NCBI GenBank assembly: GCA_043228905.1
Contig: JBHGNT010000022.1
Coordinates: 11,656,001 to 11,720,000 of the forward strand
DNA: 64,000 bases
Direction of reading: 5' to 3'
DNA from: Azolla caroliniana
Taxonomy: Eukaryota > Plantae > Polypodiophyta
The translations under genes were made by a program, and so were the position numbers. Shown here piece after piece: positions 46,558 to 59,564 of the stretch. Position 1 is the first letter of the stretch. Every line of letters begins with the position of its first letter. The notes below the pieces were generated by a model. That model was not told the DNA's origin. It ran no database searches and saw only the letters and a program-made list of their open reading frames with translations.

Positions 46558-49500
46558 TGTCCTCTGTTTTACGCTTTCGCAAACACTTACGTTTACATGG
46601 TATCAGAGCGCGAGGGTTGAGAACCTCTGCTGCAGACATTTACTCTTGAGAAGAAAACCCTAACAGGTCGAAAACAGACACAGTAGAAGACATGGATAGA
46701 GGCATGGCTACGTCGCTCCCGGTGGAAAAGCTCGACAGGAGCAACTACGCATCCTGGTCTTACAAGATGCACCAGTACCTGCTTGGACACGGGTATTGGA
46801 GTTATGTTGAAGGAGCGAATGATGCGGCGCCAGACTCGGCACACAAGGACTTCCCGGTATGGGAACAGGCGGCAAGCAGGGTGATGTACTGCTTCGCATC
46901 CAGTGTCGGCGATCAGCTGCTCAGCCACATCCGTGACGCCAAGACACCGAAGGATGCTTGGGGGAACCTGAAAAAGGTTTTCGCCGCAAGCACCACTGCC
47001 CGGAAGCTACAACTCAGACAGGAGTTGAGCAATGTTCGACAGAAGAACATGTCCGTGGCAGACTACACGGGCCGGATAAAGGAGATTTGTGACTCACTCG
47101 CCTCTATCAATGTTACCGTAGAGGAAGACGAGATGGTGCAGGTATGTCTAGGAGGCCTGGCGTCCAAGTTCAGAGCGTTCCGGACTGCGGTGTGTACAAG
47201 GGAGAATACCCCCTCATTCTTCGACTTCCACAAGCAGAGGGAGTCAAGGCGGTGCCGGAGGCCAGCAAGACAAATCCGCTACGGAATGCTGGTACTGTGG
47301 CAAAAAAGGCCACAGGGAAAGTGAGTGCTGGAGAAAGCGTGCCGATTCGGACAAATCCGGATCCGGCAAGACCGGTAAGGATGGCTGGCAAAACTCGCAC
47401 TACGCAAACGGATCAGGAGGATCCGGAACTGGAAAGGCCGGTAAGGGGCCAGCCTTGGTGATGAATCACAAGGCAAACTCAATGAAGAAGACCACTTCCA
47501 AAACGGAGGAAGTGTGGTATGTTGATTCCGGCGCGTCGAACCACATGACGAGCCACAAAGAGTGGTTCTCCTTTCTGGAGAAACCGGATCAACCAGGAGT
47601 AGTCGAAACCGGAGACAACACTCCACACCCAATCGTGCACGTCGGAGAAGTCCCTCTAAGCCACGTCGGACAAAAAGGGAAGCTGATGAACGTATTACAC
47701 GTTCCGACGATCACGAAGAACCTGGTGTCCGTCGGTCAGATTGTCAACCAGGGGATGCAGGTGCGGTTTACGCACCTCGGGTGCTTCATTGAGGATGAGG
47801 GCGAAGTCATTGCGCAAGGGCACAGAGACGGGAGGATGTTTATCCTCAACACCAATGACATTGGCACTGCTCTGTTCGCGAAAGGACAAAAGGTCGAGTC
47901 AGAAATCGACCTATGGCACAAGCGGATAGGCCACGTCAACTACCGGAGGCTTCAAGACCTGCAAACGAAACGAGTCGTTTTCGGTTTGCCAAAGTTTAGC
48001 GGCCAGAGAGCCGAAATTTGTGAAGCCTGCCAACTTGGGAAGCAACACCGGCTTCCATTCCCCACCGAACGGAACCGGAGTCGTAACAAGCTCGATATCA
48101 TCCATTCGGATGTGTGGGGACCGGCACAAAGTGTAAGCCTTGGCGGGAGCTGGTACTTCGTCTCCTTCATCGACGACTATACTCGACATACTTGGATCTA
48201 CCTCATTGAGCGGAAGAGCGAAGTCTTCGACTGTTTCCGGAGCCTCCAGAAGATGGTGGAACGGGAATCGGAGAGGAAGATCAAATGCCTTCGGTCGGAT
48301 GGCGGAAAGGAATATTTTCCCGGCCAATTCACTAGTTATCTGCAGTAGAAGGGAATTCGGCGAGAGTTCAGCTGCAGATACACACCGGAGCAAAACGGTG
48401 TGGCCGAAAGGAAGAACCGGACACTCGTCGAAGCGGCAAGGACAATGCTAGAGGAGAAGAGCATGCCCCGGTTCTACTGGGCGGAGGCGGTCCAAACGGC
48501 CGTCTACATACAAAACCGGATTGGTGACAAGGTGTCAGCTCATGAGCTATATTTCGGGCACAAGCCGAACTTAAGACACCTTCGGATATTCGGCAGCATA
48601 GCGTATGTGCATGTGCCGGATCAGAAGCGGAGAAAGTTGGATGCAAAATCGGAAAAATGCATCCTAGTTGGCTATGCTCAAGAGCAAAAGGGGTATAAGT
48701 GCTATAACCCCCGGACGAAGGAAGTCCGAGTTAGCCGGGATGTCGAATTCGACAAATCGGCATCCTGGTACTCTGTACCGACTCCGACTTCCGATCCCGA
48801 CCCAATGCCGGAAGATCAGGCCACTGAGCCTGAATCAGCCCTGTCAGAGGATGATGAAGCCGGGACTCAAGATGAGAGTCCGGAATCGTTACGGTTGAGT
48901 GGACCGAACGAGCGACTGAGTCGGTTGGACCAGTCGGTTGAAGAGACGGCAAGTGGTGGAGACTCTGCCGTGCTCTCCCCGCGCAAGGAACCGAGGAAAC
49001 GGTTCACGCGCAAAGAGAAGGGGAAGAGGAAGATGCCGGAATTCGAAACCGGCAACGACGAGTCGGATCGGTGCGTATCCGACTCTAGAAAAGAAAAAGG
49101 CGGATCTTCGGCAATGAAGACCGAACTGGCCAAGAAGGGACTCAAATCAGGTGACGGTGCGTTACGCCGATCCACCCGCCAGAAGGATCCCGTCATGCGG
49201 TACGGGTACAATGAATACATGGCGCATCATTATGCGTACATGACTAAGGTGACAGAAGTGCGTGAGCCGGAGAGCTACGTAGAAGCGGCAAAGGACGCAA
49301 ATTGGCGTGCCGCTATGGACGAAGAAATGCGGGCACTCGATGCCAACGAAACTTGGGACCTAGTTGATACTCCCCGTCACTGTAAACCGATCGGATGCAT
49401 GTGGGTGTACAAGGTCAAGTACAACGCCGATGGTTCTCTTAACTGGTACAAAGCCCGGCTAGTGGCGAAGGGATACACGCAGACCCACGGAATCGACTAT

Positions 49501-51923
49501 GATGAGACCTTCGCTCCTGTGGCGAAGATGACGACAGTTCGTGTGGTACTGGTGGTTGTTGCGGCAAGGGGGTGGCATATTCACCAGATGGATGTGAAGA
49601 ACGCCTTCCTTCAAGGAGAGCTTGCAGAAGAAGTCTTTATGACTCAACCCCCCGGATTTCACTCGGAGATGAACAAGTCGGCGGTATGCTGACTGAAAAA
49701 GTCGCTTTACGGCTTGAAGCAAGCCCCCCGAGCTTGGAACGCGAAGATCATGCACCGGTTGTGTAAGCTGGGGTTTGCTGTCTCTAAGTCGGACTCTTCG
49801 TTATTCATCCGGCAAGGCTCTGACGGTCCGGTATGTATACTCTTGCATGTGGATGATTTAGTCATCACCGGACTGGGTCTTCCCGAAATCAACCGCGTCA
49901 AGTCCCAGTTGTCGGACGCATTTGAAATGAAGGACCTGGGGGACCTTCATTATTTTCTTGGGATCGAAGTGATCCGGACCCCCGACGGCATATTGCTCTC
50001 ACAACGACATTACGTCTTGAATATGTTGTATAAGTTCGGCATGACGGATTGCCGACCTGTTTCCACACCCCTGGACCGGAACCAGAAGCTCCATCCCCAC
50101 TCCGGACCGGCCTGCAATGAGAAACGGTTCCGACAGGTTGTGGGAAGCCTAATCTACTTAACCATCACCCGACCTGACATCAGCTATCCGGTCGGCATGG
50201 TAAGTCAGTTCATGCAGAAGCCGACCGTGGAGCACCTTCAATGCGCGCAACGAATATTACGGTATGTCAGCGGCACTAAGGACCGGGGACTGCTATACCG
50301 GCGAGGTATACCCGAAGAGCTTGTCGGTTACACAGATGCTGACTGGGCCGGCGATGCGTCTAATCACCGCTCCACTTCTGGATACATGTTCTCCATAGGT
50401 AGCGCGGCCGTTGCGTGGAGCAGCAAGAAGGAGCCCACAGTGGCTTTGTCAAGCATTGAGGCTGAGTACCGAGCCGCTACTGTTGCCACTTGTGAAGCCA
50501 TCTGGCTTCGGCGACTGTTCCGAGACTTGCAGATCGAGGTACCGACCCACCCCGATCCCGATTTACTGCGATAACATGAGCAGCCTGCAGCTCGCCAGGA
50601 ACCCTGTGTTCCATGCTCGCACAAAGCACATCGAGGTGCACTACCACTTCGTGCGTGAGCGGGTCCTGAGTGGTGAAGTTGACCTACGGTATCTTCATAC
50701 GGATCGACAAGTTGCCGACATCTTCACCAAGCCGCTCGGATCGGACAAGTTGCAGCACTTTACCGACATGCTTGGTATTCAGCATCTCGACGTGCCGCAC
50801 TTGAGGGGGAGAAGCAAGGGCAAAGTCCCTATCGAAACGGGCAAAGGCAAAAAAACTGTTGAACCCGTCGGTAAGAGGAGACCCGGAAGAAGAGGAGACA
50901 AGAAGATGAAGGAAGCCGAGTAGACGAAGGAAGTCGACACATCCGAACAGGTCGGAGCAAGAGGCTGTGAAGAAGAGTTGTGCACTCAGGAAGAGAAGTG
51001 CATGCTGTGCGGAGGTCATCACGACGGTACTGACCATGATGCGGAGTCGAATGAAGAATTCGATTTCGGTTCACCGGCTGAAGAAGCTGAGGGAAGCATG
51101 GAGAAGGCCAAGACTCGGAAGTGGTCCGATGTGGTGAGAGGCCTGAAGCCGGAAGTCGAATCGGAGTGTACCGATTCGGACAAGAGATGGAACGAGTCGG
51201 AGACAGCTGACTCGGATCAACAGATGGATCCGGATGAGTCGGATCGACTGAAGGCCAAGGGGACACGGACACAGCGGAAGTCGATGCCATCGTGGGAGAA
51301 CTGACGGATCGGCAAGCGTCGGAGTCACAACAACGTGACTGCTGAGATGGGCCTATTGAGCAGACATGCCGACCGAGAGGGTCGAGGCGCGCAGAACCGA
51401 AGGGGTCGCAACAAACGGGACCAGACCGGACAAGGAGCGCGAGCAAGGCGGAGTGATGCCAGGAGAAATCGGTTCAAACCGACTGCCACAGAGGTCGACA
51501 CTACGACCCCACCTTAGGTTGAGCTTGAGGGGGAGTGTTGAGCGGCAAGCTCAACCGGAGCCGAATCGGCTGAATAAGCCGGAGCCGGTAAGCGAGACGG
51601 ATCGGGCAAAATGGATCGGTATGACGGTGAGCAACCGAACCGGCAAGCAGTGGAGGCCGGGTGCAATCCGTAACCGGCAGTCTAATCGGAAGCCTAGAAT
51701 AGGATAGACTACTAGGTATCTATAGTCTCGTAGTAAGTGTCAGATGCTCGTGTGAGCATTGAAGTACATGGTACTTCTGTCAGTCCCAAGAGGACTTGTA
51801 TAAATAGTGCTGCTTAGCACAGTGTGTATATGCAGAGTCTTGATATAATTTTGGAAATTACGTTCTGCTCTCTCTCTCTCTGTTGTCCTCTGTTTTACGC
51901 TTCCGCAAACACTTACGTTTACA
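46190..51923 (+). mobile_element. full-length copia family D element D2
   Basis: LTRs 46190-46597 and 51536-51923, TSD ACCCC, PBS 46598-46609, PPT 51525-51535. Confidence 0.95.
46692..50923 (+). pseudogene. D2 gag-pol (a few stops and frameshifts, plus a deletion in gag)
   Basis: WYVDSGASNHM, IHSDVWGP, QMDVKNAFL, HVDDL and FHARTKHIE motifs across ORFs 46692-50923. Confidence 0.9.
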
Positions 51924-53946
51924 ACCCCCAAATCAAACAAGCTCGCGTGAGCCGCAATGTTGTGTTTGACGAGTCTGCGTCCTGGTACTTGCCTCCGACT
52001 TCAGACCTCAACTCCAACTACGGATCTCCGGACCCGAGTTCTAACGATGAGGTCAGCGAGGCTGAAATGCCTCCGGATGACCGTGAAATCAAGACCCTCG
52101 ATGAGAGTCCGATTTCATTTCGGCTAAGTGGACTGAACGAGCGATTGGGTTGGTTTGACCAGTCCGAAGAAGAGTCGGCGAGTAGTGGAGACTCGGCCGT
52201 GCATTCCCCGTGCAGGAAGCCAAGGCGACGGTTTACGCGCAAGGAAAAAGGGAAGAAGAAGATGTCGGAGCACGACACTGATAAGGGTTAGTCGGATCGA
52301 CGCGAATTCAACTCCGAGAACAGCGATGACGGGCCTTTGAGAGCAAAGTCCACATCGGCCAAGAAAGCCTCAACATCGGCTAATGAGCAGTTATGCCGAT
52401 CTACCCGCCAGAAGAACCCTGTTGTGCGGTTCGGATACAATGAGTACATGGTGCATCACTATGCATACATGACGTGTGTAGCGGAAGTGCGTGAGCCGGA
52501 GAGCTACGTAGAAGTGGCGAAGGACGCAAATTGGCGTGCCGCAACGGAGGAAGAGATGCGCGCATTGGCGGAGAATGAAACCTGGGACTTGGTTGACGCA
52601 CCGAAGGGTGTGAAGCCGATCGGATGTAGGTGGGTGTACAAGGTCAAGTACAACACTGGCGACTTGGTCAACCGCTACAAGGCCCGGTTAGTACTGAAAG
52701 ACTACGCGCAGAAGCACGGCGTGGACTATGCCGAGACCTTTGTGCCTGTCATGAAGATGACTACCATGCGTGTTCTGCTAGCCCTAGCAGCGGCGAAGGG
52801 GTGACATTTACATCAGATGGATGTCAAGAATGCGTTCCTGCAAGGTGAGCTTGAGCAACAGGTGTACATGGTACAACCACCCGGATTTCACTCCAAAATG
52901 AACACTTCAACGGTTTGTCGATTGAAGAAGTCCCTTTACGAACTAAAGCAAGCCCCGCATGCTTGGAACGCAAAAATCACGCAGCGATTGCGTCGGATGG
53001 GATTTGCAACGTCCAAATCGGACTCCTCATTGTTCATTCGGCAAGGTTGACTTGGGACGGTTAGTATTTTACTTTATGTTGATGACTTGGTCATCACCAG
53101 CGCCGACCTAGGTGAAATTGACCGCGTAAAGCTCCAACTCGCGCATCATTTGACATGAAGGACCTGGGGGACCTTCATTACTTTCTCGGGATCGAAGTGA
53201 TCCGTACCCTCGAAGGCATACTGATCAATCAACAACATTACGTTGTCGAGGTTTTCCTCGCGGATGCGTGGAATGAGGCGGGACCTCAGGGGTCCTGTAC
53301 CGAAGAGCAAGAGAGAAAGGACAAGAGACCCACTACGTGCGAGCATAGATTCACAGGGACACGGCCCTTCGACACAAAGACGCGAGTGGGACAGCGACAC
53401 AGAGAGACACGAATGTATGTATGTATTAACAAAGACAACAACAAGAACACGGAAGCAACAAAAACACGAAGTCGGTTACAACCGAACAGGCCGGCGAACA
53501 GATGCCGATGCCTGTTTGTAAACGCACAGAAAGACAGGAGCAGGTTGGAGGTGCTGCCGGAAGCACTCGGGCATTCCTCAGAGCAGCGCGAGCCTCCCGA
53601 AACCTGCACAGAAGGAAGCTATGGAGTTTGCGAACCAGAGAGAGAGAGAGAAGCCTTCGCACGCAAACCGACAGCACTTCGTCCTCGACTCTCCGCGATC
53701 CCCTCCCCCTTCTCGTCTCCCTCCTTTTTATAGGCAAGGAAGGAACCGTTTCCCCTTTACTTCCTACCCACTAAATCTACCCGCCTAGGATCTTCTATGG
53801 ACAACATTCGAGAAGAGCCGGTTCCTACGCTCCTGTGCACCGATTCCGCTTGTGGACAGTTTTCTTGACGACATCCGCCCCCACCTAACCGGGCATCCAC
53901 CGGCATGCGCCAAATTGAGTCAGGACGGAGAAAACCGGTCCAGCCT

Positions 53947-56900
53947 TCATTCCCCGCCCGTCGGTTCTTCCTCGGTTTCAGATCGTTCGTCGTCGCGGTC
54001 CAGGCCAACCGGATCCGGCTCGTCGTCATGACGCTTCTTGAACGCTTTGATCCGCTTCCCAGCTACCGGTATCGCCATTCTCGTGCCGTCGAGCTCCGCC
54101 AGATGGTACGTCCCATTGTCGTTGGCGCTTTGTACCACATAAGGCCCGAAACACCTTCTTGCGAACTTCCGTGTCGCTCGGTGCTAGTTGTCAAGGTTGC
54201 TGTCGTAGACTAGCACCCAGTCGCCTTCCTCGATCTTCTTCGGTCGGAGCCGGTGCATTCGGTCCAACCAGGCTTTGTTCCTCATCCTTGCTTCCCGAAG
54301 CCTTTCCGCAGCCTGCTCCACGTCCTCCGGTCTTCGCTCGAGCTGTCGTATACGCGCCGCTAGCAGTTCCTCCCGGCTCATCTCGTCTCTCCAGTCCACG
54401 GTTGCCCACGAGGAGATCGTACGTTCCATCGGCATGACCGGCTTCTGCCCAAACATGAGTTCTGCCGGCATGAATCCGGTTACCGAACTGTGCGTAGTTC
54501 GGTCCGCCCACAACGCGTAAGGCAACAGCCGCGGCCAGTTCCCGACTTGACCTCCGCATGCCCGAACTAACGCCTTGACGATCGGTCCGTGTCCGCGCTC
54601 CACCTTCCCATTCGCCTCCGGATTGTACGTAGTGGTAAGCGAGAGCTTGACTCCTAGCTGGTCGAACAGCTCCTCGGCCTCTTCGGCGTCCAACTCCCCG
54701 CGATCAGCCACGATCTTCCCGACGCACCCGTACCGGCATATCACGTCCTCGATTAGGAACCGACATACGGCCGCGGTCGTTTTGTTCTGAAGGGCTCGGC
54801 CTTCCACCTGGTTCGTCAGATCTTCCCGAGCCAGGACTAGATACCGCATCTATCCTACTCCCATCGGCATCGTCACCAGGTCTACCATCCATTTGAAGTG
54901 GATGGTCGGAGGGTATGTAGGGTGAAGCTCGTCCCGATGTCGGACTATGGAGTGCATCTGACAGCTCTCGCAAGTCGTCACGAACCGATGCACATCCCGG
55001 TACAGTCCCGGCCACCAGTACTTCCCCTTTATCTTCTCGAACGTGGCCCACGTTCCACGGTGTCCGGCCCAAGGGCTGTCGTGGTAGCCCGTCAGCAGCT
55101 CCTCCTGTTCTTCCTTCATCGCCACCACCCGGAGCGGGACGTCGTTCCTCTTCTTCGGGTGCTTCCATAAGTATCCATCCCGGAGAAAGAATCGGTAAGC
55201 TTTCTTCCGGATCCAGTTGGGCTCGTCCTTCGTCCACGACGCATCCGGCGTCATCGTCCTCAAAAATCCACCGATCTGGAGCCACTCGCCGTCGTACTTG
55301 CTCTCGTCAAAGTCGTTAAGTGCCGGAGTGCTCGTCCCATCGGTCGTCACGTACGCTGCCTCGAAGAAGTCCACGCCGACTTCTTCGTCCTCCGAAACCA
55401 TGCCGCCCTCGTCATCAAACCTCGCCCTCGAAAGCATGTCGGCCATGGCGTTGTCCTTTCCGGAAATGTGCCGTATTTCCGGGTCCAGGGACTTGATGTA
55501 CGCTATCCACCTGAGCATCGCCAGGTCCGGTGTCGCGCATCCGGAAACCATGCCGAGAATTGGCAGGCAATCCGTCTCGATAATCACTTTTGTCCCGATC
55601 AGGTAGTCTTTGTCGGCCTTTACTGCCGAAACGATACCCCTGAGTTCGCGTTTAACCTGGGCGTACCCTCGCTATCGCTCACTGAGGACCTTTGCACTGA
55701 ATCGGATCGGGAACCGAATGCCATCCTCGTCTTCTTGGTTGACGACCCATCCGATCCCGGTCGGACTCGTATCCACCGTTATGTATACCGGGGTACCCTT
55801 CTCATAGACAGCCTTCTGGAGCGCCGGTGCTGCCGCAAGAGCTTCCTTCAGCTTCCGGACCGACTCCGTGTGCTCGTCTCGCCACTCGAAATTTCACCCT
55901 TTCTTCAGCAACCCGTATAGCGGCTCCGCCACGTGGGCGTAATGCGGGATCCATATGTGGTAGAACACGCATGCCCCCAGGAACCTCCGAACTTCTGTAA
56001 CCGAGCTACAATCGGTCTTCATCGCGGAGATGGCTTCTACCTTTGCCGGAGACGGCTTCCGGCCATAAGTTCCACATAGGTGTCCGACCACCAGGATTTC
56101 CGATTGCCCGAAGGCCGATTTCTCCCCGGAGAAGGTGAGCCTCGCATCCTCTAGCCTTTGTAGCACCTTCTCGCAGTCGTCGATGTGTGTCGCCACGAAT
56201 CGTCGGCATCCGTCCGGCCCGACTGTCTCGTCCTTCTCCTCCACCGGGCACCCCTTGATCGGGATGTCGTCTAGAAACGGCATGGTGATGTCCAGGATGC
56301 AATCCCTCAGTACCTTGTTCATTGCATTCACCATGTGGGCTACCGAGTTGGTCCCTCCTTGTGGCAGGGTACACATTCGCACTAGGCCGAGGGGGGTTCA
56401 CATCGTCGTAATGTCTCTGCTCTCCACGGCTAGCTGGAACTGGTCGTACCCCGAGTACAGATCACCGACCGAGTAAATCGACCTTCTGGCGAAGGCCTCT
56501 GCGAACTCGTCTATGGTCGGTCCGATTCCTGCGTTCCGAATGGTCACTCTGTTGACCGGCTGCAGGTCCTGAATGAAGCGCAATGTTCCGTTTTTCTTTG
56601 GTACGGTAAACCATCGGTTCGAGTATGGGGCACTCGACGGTTCAAGAATGCCCATATCAACTTTTTGGCTCAATAGCTCCATCAACTTCGGGATGTGGGC
56701 TCTCGGTACTGGAATCGGCTTGAGATTCCACGGCACATGTGTTACCGTGAATATCACCATCGGCTCCACAATCGTCGGGTCTACGCACCCGATCTCTTCC
56801 GGCGAAAACGCGAAGGCTTTCCCGTGCCTTCCGAGCATTCTCCGAAACCGGTCTTCCTCCGCCAGCAGTAGGAACCCGCCCCCACCGATCTTGAGCTCCC

Positions 56901-57444
56901 GGAGCGTCTCGTCGGTGAAGGTGTGTCCTATGCAGGCCGGATCTCGTAAACTGGGGTCCGACGCAACCCCTCTGATTCGGGACTCGCTGCCCTCCGGTAA
57001 GGGTGCCGCGACGGGCCTTACCTTCCGGTCCACAGTCTTGTACTTCGTGCTAACTCGGGCCATCCGATCCGACCCGAGCCCTCGACTGAAGTTCGCGATG
57101 ACTTTGTACATCTCTTCGGAACATACCGGAATCGTCCGGTCTTCATTAAGGTCTTCTCCGGCTACCCGCCCCAGCATTCCCAAGGTGTCGTCGAAGGAGA
57201 CCGCCTCCACGGCTCCGCTGATTTCCTCGTCCGGGCCGAGAACTCCGCACGCTCGAAGTCGCACTTCCGCCCTTGTCTTTTCTCGGTCGACAATGCCGAC
57301 TATCATACACCCTCCGTTGTTGGAGAAGCAGAATTTCCTACTTATCGTACAGGGTTCCTTCGGTTTCGGTTCTATCGTACAGTCGTGGGCTCTTTCTCGA
57401 GTGTCCGGGCTGTCTCGGCCCCACAGCTTGGCAGCCCTCTCTAA
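53947..57444 (-). pseudogene. A3 pol (RT, RNase H, integrase), in the -1 frame relative to gag-pro, with several lesions
   Basis: DLYSGYDQF, FLDDIPIKG, IETDC, ADMLSR, HHCC, ADRGEL and NGKVER motifs. No chromodomain seen. Confidence 0.9.
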
Positions 57445-57450
57445 AAATCC
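57385..57450 (-). promoter_or_regulatory. putative -1 frameshift signal of A3
   Basis: GGATTTT at 57450-57444, TAG, stem GGGCTGCC/GACAGCCC, and loop GTGGG able to pair with CCCAC at 57389-57385. Confidence 0.72.
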
Positions 57451-59564
57451 TCCCGGTTCTCGCCACCGAGGGATTCGCGGTTTCTCTCGTGGTTCGGCCA
57501 CACCGTCAGAAATTGAACCGAATGGCGCCCGTCCTGGCTTTTGACCCTCGCGTAGGTCGAACCGTTGTCCAGCACCTTGGTCTCCATTCGCGCCGCCGTG
57601 ATGTACGGTTCCCCTAATATGACCGGGTGCGAGGACGTCTCCTGTACGAAGAAGTGTTGGTCAATCTCGACGTCGCCGATCTTGACTCGCACGTTCGGGC
57701 AGGCCCCGTGTAGTTCCTCGGTGGCGCGCGTCGCCGCCCGTATCTTCCACCCGTGCTTGGTGTTGATCGGCCACTTTCCCTTCTTATAGAAGTCCATGGA
57801 CATCAGGTTTATTTCCGAACCGTGGTCCACCAATGCCACCACCGGTTCCTGAACATCTCCGATCTTTACCGGGGTCTCCGTGGTCGCTCGGACCCAGTGC
57901 GGCCTTGAATAGTGGCTCTCCGCCCACTCATCTTTCAGCGCCATGTCGTCGATGTGCGTCGTCCGCACCTCCACCGGTCTTTCCGGTTCCGTCTCCGTCG
58001 ACAGCCTCTTCCGTTTCACCAGGTCCACAATGGAGTCGTGGAACTCCTTTGCGATCCCTAGCACCTCTCGCAATGACAGCTCCACTTTGCTGTCGAGGAT
58101 CCGTTCTTCTAGGACCTTTCGTAGGTCCGTAGTCCTTTCTATTTCCGTCCCCAGTCGGTATCCGCCCTTCCTGGGGTTATCTTGCGCGCTGGACCCACCG
58201 GCATCGTTCCGTCGTTGCCCGAATCGGGTCTCGTACCGTTGTGAGGGCCCGGCCGCTCCGACTTTCCCCACTCGTTTGTCTTCTACCAGAGCCTCGTAGT
58301 TCCGGCAGGCGGCTTCTACGAAGCCCGTCTTCTCCTCGACCGGATCGCTCCACCCGGTTATTTCTCGGACCCGTCTCTCAGCGCGGTCCGTTTCATCTTT
58401 CCTTAGCCGTGCGCCGGCAAGACCTTCCAGCATTGCCGACCAGAATCCGTCTTTGCCCTCTGTTCTGGCCTCGCTGCCCCCGACCCGAATTCCGGCCGAC
58501 TCCGAGTAGTGGATGGCCTCTACGTGTCGGGCCGCTGCCTCTTCCATCAGTCTCTTCATACCTCCTCGCCCGTCGTTTCGGTTCAGGGCCCTCCTGGTGT
58601 CGCCGGCGTGCACCCGGCCTTCCCATAGGTACACCACCCGGTTCCTCAACGCCTCTGCGAAATCACCGCAGTCCTTCCGAATGTGGCCGACCTCGTCGCA
58701 CCACATGCACCTGTTCCCCGCTGCCGGTCGTCGGTCACGAGCTGGTTCGCCGCCTTCCCTTCGAGTCTGGGCGATCTGGAGATCCTTTATCGCCCGCGTC
58801 GACTCCTCCAGCGTTGCTCCTCCGGACGAGCCATTGACCATGCCGGTCGAAGCCGGACCAGTTTCGAGCCATTCCCGGGTTTCTTCCCTTCTCACTTGCG
58901 GTGCCGGTTCAAGCCTCCTTGCTATGACAGAGCCCGCACCGGCCGCCCCGTTGTCAGCCCATTCTCGCCGTTTGTCGAAACGGCCACAGACTCTCTTAAC
59001 CGCAGCCCAGTCGGTTGTCAGCCCGTCTTCGGTTTCCAGCAAGGAGCCGACTTGATCTCTGTCTTGCTCGTCCACCGACTTGACGAACAATAGGACCCGG
59101 CTCGTATCCAGAACGGTTCGGTCAAGCGCCGAAAGGCGCGCAAAGCGTTCTTCGAACTCCCGGAGGAGTGCCGGCGCGTTTCTTCCCTTGCCGGGGGACT
59201 CCACCCATTCCATGAAGTCCCGTTTCGAAAGCCGGAGCGCGTCGTCCAGCCTGTATTTTTCTAGGAGTCGGCCTTCGAACTCCTCCCAGGTACGGCTCTC
59301 CGCCCGCACCTCGAGCACCTCCGCATGGATGCTCGGCATCGCAACTCGAGGAAACCCGGCAAGACGCCTCTCTTCCGGAATGTCCTGCATCAGCATTTTT
59401 GCCCCGTAGAACGCCAAATACTTCGTGGCATCCTTTCCGCTAAACTGGCCGATCGCACCGACGACCGCCTCAATGGCTTTGTCGAGGGCGTCGGTGCCCT
59501 TGCGTGCACTCAATATCCGATCCACGGCCGAAGCCATGGCCTCTGCAAGATCCGACCCCTTCAT
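57441..59564 (-). CDS. A3 Gag-protease polyprotein
   Basis: Open frame with CMWCDEVGHIRKDC knuckle and LVDHGSEINL protease motif. First ATG at 59564. Confidence 0.9.
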   Translation of the reverse strand: MKGSDLAEAMASAVDRILSARKGTDALDKAIEAVVGAIGQFSGKDATKYLAFYGAKMLMQDIPEERRLAGFPRVAMPSIHAEVLEVRAESRTWEEFEGRLLEKYRLDDALRLSKRDFMEWVESPGKGRNAPALLREFEERFARLSALDRTVLDTSRVLLFVKSVDEQDRDQVGSLLETEDGLTTDWAAVKRVCGRFDKRREWADNGAAGAGSVIARRLEPAPQVRREETREWLETGPASTGMVNGSSGGATLEESTRAIKDLQIAQTRREGGEPARDRRPAAGNRCMWCDEVGHIRKDCGDFAEALRNRVVYLWEGRVHAGDTRRALNRNDGRGGMKRLMEEAAARHVEAIHYSESAGIRVGGSEARTEGKDGFWSAMLEGLAGARLRKDETDRAERRVREITGWSDPVEEKTGFVEAACRNYEALVEDKRVGKVGAAGPSQRYETRFGQRRNDAGGSSAQDNPRKGGYRLGTEIERTTDLRKVLEERILDSKVELSLREVLGIAKEFHDSIVDLVKRKRLSTETEPERPVEVRTTHIDDMALKDEWAESHYSRPHWVRATTETPVKIGDVQEPVVALVDHGSEINLMSMDFYKKGKWPINTKHGWKIRAATRATEELHGACPNVRVKIGDVEIDQHFFVQETSSHPVILGEPYITAARMETKVLDNGSTYARVKSQDGRHSVQFLTVWPNHERNRESLGGENREDF

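Noticed and set aside
56573-57544. Long antisense ORFs over pol (also 463-906, 7136-7690, 8171-8683 and others)
   Set aside because: Shadow frames of GC-rich coding sequence with no recognisable domains.
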